Source: Trueperaceae bacterium
GTDB lineage: Bacteria; Deinococcota; Deinococci; Deinococcales; Trueperaceae
Assembly: GCA_965213925.1 (NCBI GenBank)
Contig: OZ243927.1
Location: 1,664,001 to 1,728,000 of the forward strand
Direction: 5' to 3'
DNA length: 64,000 bases
The position numbers and the translations under genes were made by a program. Position 1 is the stretch's first letter. Each line of letters starts with the position of its first letter. The notes beneath the pieces are model-generated. The model did not search any database and was not told where the DNA came from. It saw only the letters and a program-made list of their open reading frames with translations. Positions 58,263-64,000 of the stretch are shown here, one piece after another.

Positions 58263-61060
58263 TAGGCAACCCTGTAAACCTTCATGACTTCATCGCCTAA
58301 GTGGTTGATAACCTTGACGGCGATGCGCCCGGACGAGGGGGCGGGGAAAGGTCGCGAGGTATCGCTGTTTAGGGTCTCCCACGCCTCCTCGTTGATCTCC
58401 GCCTTGAGGGTCGTCTTGAGCGCCTTGTACGGGTCGTTCGCGCCTAAGAAATACGCCTGCCGCACGAAGAAGCTCTCCTCGTTGTAGTCCGTGTCGATGA
58501 ACCAGCAGGCGATGCCGTCGGCGCTGTCGCTGCGCACCTCGCCCGAAGATGGGTCAAAGACATCTACGCCGTTGATGCGCACCTGAAGCCGGTCATCTTC
58601 GACCTCTTTGATGTCCACATCCGGCTCGCCAAAGATTACGAACAGGTTCGCCTTGTCGGTCTTGCTCAGGTCGTCCGCCATATGCAGGTCAGCGTTCATC
58701 CGCGCCTTCAAAACCGAGAGCCGCCCCAGCTTGCTGAATTCGGAGGCGTGTGCGTCGTAGTTAAAGGCGCAAGCGATGAGTACGTCGAAGCCCGCGTCCG
58801 CCGCCTCCCTCGCCGCCTGCACCAGGTCAGGGCGCGAGACCGTGCCGAACTCAGGACCGATGAAGATAGCCGCCCGCTTTTCCTCGCCCGACTCCCCATT
58901 TGATTCAGAGGTATACCGCCCCTCGGCGCATACCAGCTCGCCAGGCCACGGCTTCAGTGACGAGAACGCTATCCTGTCCGCCTTGTGCGCCTGCTGCACC
59001 CCCGCCGTCTTCAAGTTCTCCAAGATGACGTTCACGAAGTCCGGCTCGTCCCCCGCATGAGCGCCAGTCTGCTTAGACGCTTTCACCAACTCCAGCGGGT
59101 CGATAAGCTCATCATCCGCGCCCACCGCCATGATTCGGTGCGGCGAGCTGCTCTCCACCGTGAAGGGTCCCGCCACGCGCACCTTACGCTTGTCCTCATA
59201 AGGTTTATCGTACAGATATTCGAAGTCTGCCTTTGTTGCGATGGAGGCGTCAATCTCCTTCTGCCGCGCAATCCGCTTCTCCCACCACTGCGCGTGCAGC
59301 TTCTTCGCCTTCTCAGACCAGCTCTCCTCAGCCTCCCGAGGAATCTCCCACTCCTCCCACGCCTCGCCGAGTTCTTTGTTCAAGCTCTCACGCAGAGGCT
59401 CCAACGCCTCCTGAAACTGCTCATAAATCACGTCAATTTCTGCGTTGTTCGCGATGTCTTTGAGCATGATATGGGGCACACGCTCGTACACAAAACCCTG
59501 CCGAACATCTCCGAAGGTGGATGAGCTAGACGGCTCCGTGCGGGTTATCTCCGCCTCTTTAGCTTGTCCCTCTTCACTGTCCGCCAAGAGGTAAAAGGGA
59601 TACCTAGCACCCATGATGCGAGAACGCGCCAGAGCAAGCGCAACACGAGAGGTATCAACCGTAATCCAGCGCCGCCCCCACTGCTCAGCTACATAAGCGG
59701 TTGTGCCAGAGCCGCAAGTGGGGTCAAGAACGAGGTCGCTGGGGTCAGTCGCCATGAGAATACAACGCTGGGCAATCTGCGGACTTGTTTCTACAATGTA
59801 TTGTTTATCCAAAGCTCCACCGACATCGCTCCAAATATTTGTTCTTCCAAATACCGAAAAATCGTTAAAATACCTCACGTAACGAAGCACTGTTCCAGTT
59901 TTTATTACACGGTTGGCTTTGATTAGTCGTGAAAATCCCTCCTCTCCAGTTTTCCAATAGTTTGTACGAGGTGTTATTATCGCATTCTCAAACTGAACAG
60001 GAAAAGACCCCGGTGGTCTCTGACTTGTAAGATCACTCGAAGTGAATGGCTTACTTCCGTTTGGAAAAACTTTCAGATCAAGGTGCTTTTTAGGCAAGGA
60101 AGTTCTTGTGCCATCAGGAAATTCGATTTTTGAATATGCAACTCCACCTTCACCCCCTAGTTGCTTTTCAATGAATAATTGGCGATATTTTACAGATGCA
60201 AAATCTTTGGCAAACCACAAAATAAAATCTGAAACTCCTGGTAGTAGAGCTGAGGTTGCACTTGAAGTTTTTGAAACAGTGATCAGGCTAACAAAATTCT
60301 CCTCCCCAAACACCTCATCCATCAACGCCCTTACCCTGTGCACGTTCTCATCCCCAATCTGCACAAAGATAGAGCCGGACTCGGTCAAGAGGTCGCGGGC
60401 GACGGTCAGCCGATCGCGCAAATAGGTGAGGTAGGAGTGGATGCCGTCGCGCCAGGTGTCACGGAAGGCTTTGACCTGCTCGGGCTCGCGGGTAATGTGC
60501 TCCGCCTTGCCGTCCTTCACGTCGCGGGAGGTCGTGGACCACTGGAAGTTGGAGTTGAACTTGATGCCGTAGGGCGGGTCGAGGTAGATGCACTGGACCT
60601 TGCCGCGTAAGCCTTCGCGCTCGGCGAGGCTCGCCATCACCTGGAGGCTGTCGCCTAAAATCATGCGGTTCGTCCAGTTGGCGTCGTGCTGGTAGAACTC
60701 GGTCTCTGCGCCCGACTTGCTCACGCCGTTAAAGTCGGCGAAGAGGTCGGGCTGCGGGGCGTTCTCCCGCTCGGCGTCCTCGGTGCGCTTTTTCAGGTCG
60801 TCGATGAGGACTTTGGGGTGGACCTTCTCTTGGATGTAGAGGGGCGGCGCGTTGACGATAAACTCGGAGTAGTCGCGGATGTCCTTGCCGCGCCAGACGA
60901 GCTGGGGGTCTAAGTCTTCGTTACGGCGCTCGAAGGAGGCGAGGACGGGGTTTAGGTCTTTCTCGAGCAGGAAACTCCGCTGCTCCTCAGTGGCTATGAG
61001 CTTGCGCTTCTCGTCATGCTTTAAGGTTTCTACCTGTAGGTTGTTGGGGGCTTTTACCAT
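58262..61060 (-). CDS. mod: Type III restriction-modification methyltransferase subunit
   Basis: GDSLQVM, YLDPPYG (motif IV), VLDPTCGSGTT (motif I), KVINHLGDE tail. Confidence 0.92.
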   Translation of the reverse strand: MVKAPNNLQVETLKHDEKRKLIATEEQRSFLLEKDLNPVLASFERRNEDLDPQLVWRGKDIRDYSEFIVNAPPLYIQEKVHPKVLIDDLKKRTEDAERENAPQPDLFADFNGVSKSGAETEFYQHDANWTNRMILGDSLQVMASLAEREGLRGKVQCIYLDPPYGIKFNSNFQWSTTSRDVKDGKAEHITREPEQVKAFRDTWRDGIHSYLTYLRDRLTVARDLLTESGSIFVQIGDENVHRVRALMDEVFGEENFVSLITVSKTSSATSALLPGVSDFILWFAKDFASVKYRQLFIEKQLGGEGGVAYSKIEFPDGTRTSLPKKHLDLKVFPNGSKPFTSSDLTSQRPPGSFPVQFENAIITPRTNYWKTGEEGFSRLIKANRVIKTGTVLRYVRYFNDFSVFGRTNIWSDVGGALDKQYIVETSPQIAQRCILMATDPSDLVLDPTCGSGTTAYVAEQWGRRWITVDTSRVALALARSRIMGARYPFYLLADSEEGQAKEAEITRTEPSSSSTFGDVRQGFVYERVPHIMLKDIANNAEIDVIYEQFQEALEPLRESLNKELGEAWEEWEIPREAEESWSEKAKKLHAQWWEKRIARQKEIDASIATKADFEYLYDKPYEDKRKVRVAGPFTVESSSPHRIMAVGADDELIDPLELVKASKQTGAHAGDEPDFVNVILENLKTAGVQQAHKADRIAFSSLKPWPGELVCAEGRYTSESNGESGEEKRAAIFIGPEFGTVSRPDLVQAAREAADAGFDVLIACAFNYDAHASEFSKLGRLSVLKARMNADLHMADDLSKTDKANLFVIFGEPDVDIKEVEDDRLQVRINGVDVFDPSSGEVRSDSADGIACWFIDTDYNEESFFVRQAYFLGANDPYKALKTTLKAEINEEAWETLNSDTSRPFPAPSSGRIAVKVINHLGDEVMKVYRVA

Positions 61061-61066
61061 AGTCGA

Positions 61067-61135
61067 GAAGTGTGAAGTTTGAAGGGTGAAGTGTGAAAGA
61101 AAAGCTCTATTTTCACTCTTCTCACTTCACCCTTC
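61067..61135. repeat. Inverted pair of 7-nt-period repeat arrays (GAAGNNT / TTCNCNC) downstream of the four-helix-bundle gene
   Basis: GAAGTGT GAAGTTT GAAGGGT GAAGTGT GAA (61067-61097) faces TTCACTC TTCTCAC TTCACCC TTC (61112-61135). Confidence 0.8.
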
Positions 61136-61526
61136 CTCCTTTCTTTGTTTTTACTACGATGCTCGTCAAAATCGCGACAAGCTGATCTGCCTCATCAATC
61201 AAGGGATGGAGTTTTTCTTCTGGAATGATGTTTGTGGCAACAAGGAGTCTCAGCCAGTAGTGTGTCTCTCGCGCTTCTTTGCAAGCAATAGAGTATTTGT
61301 GATTAAAGTCAGCGCGACTCTGAGCCGCCTGCCCTTCTTCAACGTTCGCCCCAACAGACGTACCGGAGCGTAAAAGCTGATTCGCCAGCATCCGACTCAC
61401 CCCAGGCGTCCCGTCCAGCACCTGACACACCCCGACCACCCGCCGCGCAAACAAAAACGTCCTCTCCGGCAAATCCCCCTTCCCCCTTCCCACTTCTTCC
61501 TTCACCCTTCCCACTTCACTCTTCAC
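61122..61526 (-). CDS. Four-helix-bundle protein (23S rRNA IVS protein/bAvd-like family)
   Basis: QLLRSGTSVGANVEEG...DF..K..IA.KEARETHYWLRLL. Confidence 0.9.
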   Translation of the reverse strand: MKSEVGRVKEEVGRGKGDLPERTFLFARRVVGVCQVLDGTPGVSRMLANQLLRSGTSVGANVEEGQAAQSRADFNHKYSIACKEARETHYWLRLLVATNIIPEEKLHPLIDEADQLVAILTSIVVKTKKGGRVK

Positions 61527-61531
61527 CCTTC
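61480..61531. repeat. Seven tandem heptamers at the 5' end of the four-helix-bundle gene
   Basis: TTCCCCC TTCCCAC TTCTTCC TTCACCC TTCCCAC TTCACTC TTCACCC TTC, abutting the res stop codon. Confidence 0.8.
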
Positions 61532-64000
61532 CTAAGCCGCTCGAGCCATGACGGACATGATGGTTTCGTCGAACAGGGCTTCGAACTCACGCTCGATCAT
61601 GTACACGTCTCTGAACTCCGCGAACGCCCAGCGTCCATACGATTTCAAGTTGTTGACGCCAGGTATCCAGTAGCTATCCACCGCGTTCTTCTTGTCCTTG
61701 GCGTCTTCGCCCCGGTAGCCTTTGATCTCTACGATGAGGTTCAAGGGGTCGGGGTAGCCGTCGTCTACCTGCACGATGAAGTCGGGAAGGTAGGTTCTCA
61801 TACCGCTACCGTAGCGGTAGGGAACCTCCAATCCGAGGTTGTAGTTCTTGACGTAGCTCCTCACGCGCGGATGGCTCTCGGCGACACGGCAGAATTCGGC
61901 TTCCCAGTCACTGTCGCAGACGATCCAGTTGAGATGACACTTGCGCGGGTCGGTCTGCCAGCGGGTCGCCTTCGAGGTGTTGAAGTTGACATGCAGCGTC
62001 GAGCCTATGGGGTTGTAGGGGTCTAAAACAGCTTTGACGGGTTTGCTGCCGATGTAGCTTTTCGTGATCGCGGCGGTGATGCGCTCGCAAGCCATGTCTG
62101 CGAGTTCTTGGTACATGAGCTGGGCTGGATAGGTATCGCCCTTGCAAACGAGGTAGCCGTTCAGCCACTCCCGGACGATGCGCTTGAGCTGCCCGAAGAG
62201 GTAGAGCCTGGGCGCTTCGCCGGGGTCGCGCCACTTCTCGTAGAGGAGGCGTTTGGTGAGGTGCATGATGAGCGTCGAGGTCCGCACGTCGCCTAAGTGC
62301 TTTAGGTCGAGGTCGTCCTCTTTGCCGATAATGCCCTGCACCCTAGTGATGGAGGGACCGACTAAGTGGGGTGACAGCTCGAGAACGGAGTCGTCCGTGA
62401 AGGTCGCGCTGAGCCGCTCCTCGGGAAGTTCGACGCGGTAGCCCTCTACGCGAGGAAACTGAATCTCTAGGTGGTCGCGCTCAGGTCGCACTGCTTTTAC
62501 GTTGACGGTCTCGCGCGGCTTCTGAGGCGGCGCGATGACGGGTTCGGCAGCAAAGTCGAAGGGAATACCTAGCACGTCGGCGTACTCGACGTTGAAGTAC
62601 CCTTCTTCGTTCAGATCGTAGGATTGACGGCGTAGCGCACGCCCGATCACCTGTTCGCAAAGCAGTTGCGTGCCGAACGCCCGCACGCCTAAAACGTGCG
62701 TGACCGTATTCGCGTCCCAGCCTTCGGTGAGCATAGAGACTGACACAACACAGCGCACGCTCTCACCCAATCGCCCCTCTTTTCCTACCGTATTCATGAC
62801 CTCACGCAGCAAATCTTGCTCGCTGATATTGTCCGCCGTTTTCCACTGTCCGCGCTCTCTAAGTTCGCGGCGGAAGCGCTCAATCTCGTCACTCGCCATC
62901 TCATGGAACTTCTTGTCCAGGGCGTCGCCCGATTCAAGCTGTTCGCTATCAATAAGGAGCGTGTTCGGGCGGGCGAGCGGATTGCCGAAGTTGTCGTAGT
63001 TTCTGAAGAGGGCGAGGCGTCCGTTTTCGAAGCTGCTGCTCCCATCTTCGCTCACCCGGCGGAACCCTGAGATGAAGTCATAGATGAGCTTGGATGTGGA
63101 GGTGTTATTGCAAACGATGATGAAGCAGGGCGGCACGCGGATGCCCTCTCGCTGCCACAGCTCGAAGGTCTTCTCGTAGTGACCGTAGAGGGCTTCTAAA
63201 GCAGTTTGCAATTCCACAGGCAGGCTCAGCGGATCGAGGTCTTTCGCTTTGCCCCGCCCCTTCTTGGGCATACGGCTGCGGATGTTCTCCCAAAGGTTGC
63301 GAAAGGTGGGCATATTGTCCTTGCCGCCGGGGATGTTGTCCGCGATGGGCACGCGCGGCAGCTTCACGATGCCGCACTCAATCGCGTCCATGAGCGAGAA
63401 GTCACTCATCGTCCAGGGGAAGAGCGTACCCTCGGCGTAGCCGGAGCCGCGCAGGAAGAAGGGGGTGGCGGACAGGTCGATGACCCGGCTGATACCGAGT
63501 TTGCGGTTGACCGCTTCGAGTCCTGAAATCCAGAGCCGCGCCGCCTCGGTGTTCTTCTCCGCCTCTCTCTTATCGTCCCCCTTGAGCTTTTCCTCGTCGG
63601 CATCACCAGGTTTCTCGCGGTAGCAGTGATGCGCTTCATCGTTGAGCGCGATGATGCCCTTTATGCCCATGAGTTCCGGCATAACACGCTGCAACATCTG
63701 CCCCTCTGTTTCCAGGGTGCATAGTTCATCACCGCGCCCTTGCAAGAGGGCGCGGTTTCCTTTCGGGAGGTCGAGTTTTTCGCGGCGTTTGAAAGCGTGG
63801 TAGTTCGTGATGACGATGCGAGCACGCTCTAAATCTTTGAGCATGTCGTTTGGCACGAGTTCGCGGCTGGCGTAGTAGCTGTCGGGGTCGTTGGGTTGGA
63901 GCACTCGTAAGCGGTCACGAATGGTGAGACCGGCGTGACGACGAGGAAACCTCTTGTGTATCTTTTACTGGTAGGTCGGCGCACCGCGTTGACGGTCTGC
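61532..64000 (-). CDS. res: Type III restriction endonuclease subunit, 5'-truncated by the window edge, with an apparent frameshift near 63930
   Basis: NDEAHHCY, DLSATP, SVSMLTEGWDA, EQVIGRALRR, YLPDFIV...IVEIKG; upstream frame QTVNAVRRP...GFLVVTP joins GLTIRDRLRVL only if one base is added. Confidence 0.9.

Noticed and set aside
61122..61526. Diversity-generating retroelement (Avd-like gene)
   Set aside because: No reverse transcriptase and no template/variable repeat pair with adenine-specific differences was seen.

Overview
High-GC bacterial DNA, probably Deinococcota (inferred from repeated TANNNT-N6-start leaderless genes). The window is almost all accessory DNA, in three blocks. (1) 1-17.8 kb is a defence island: the 3' end of a type IIG/Eco57I-like adenine methyltransferase, a 1938-aa DEAH helicase-DUF1998-Vsr fusion, two RelE-UvrD fusions, a tandem-OB-fold/membrane NERD nuclease pair, an AbiE-like pair with a palindromic operator, and a tyrosine integrase next to a tRNA(CAT) gene cut off at its T-loop. 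(2) 19-39 kb is signalling and stress cargo: LOV-PAS-GGDEF-EAL, PAS histidine kinase and receiver, phosphoketolase, CYP152, ASRT, MRJP, dodecin and USP. It lies between two pieces of a DUF3037-like gene and ends at a near-identical partial copy of the integrase. (3) 39.8-64 kb is a second defence block: M50 protease, AddAB-like pair, GmrSD, ADP-ribosylglycohydrolase, DUF433/DUF5615 TA, SF1 helicase-Vsr, and a type III R-M operon (res frameshifted) with a third RelE-UvrD. Best candidates for undescribed systems: RelE-UvrD fusions each placed directly behind a different kind of R-M system; the secreted OB-fold plus transmembrane NERD nuclease operon; and a heptamer-repeat-flanked four-helix-bundle cassette that could loop itself out of the res-mod mRNA. 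Family assignments come from motif recognition by eye, not from database searches.
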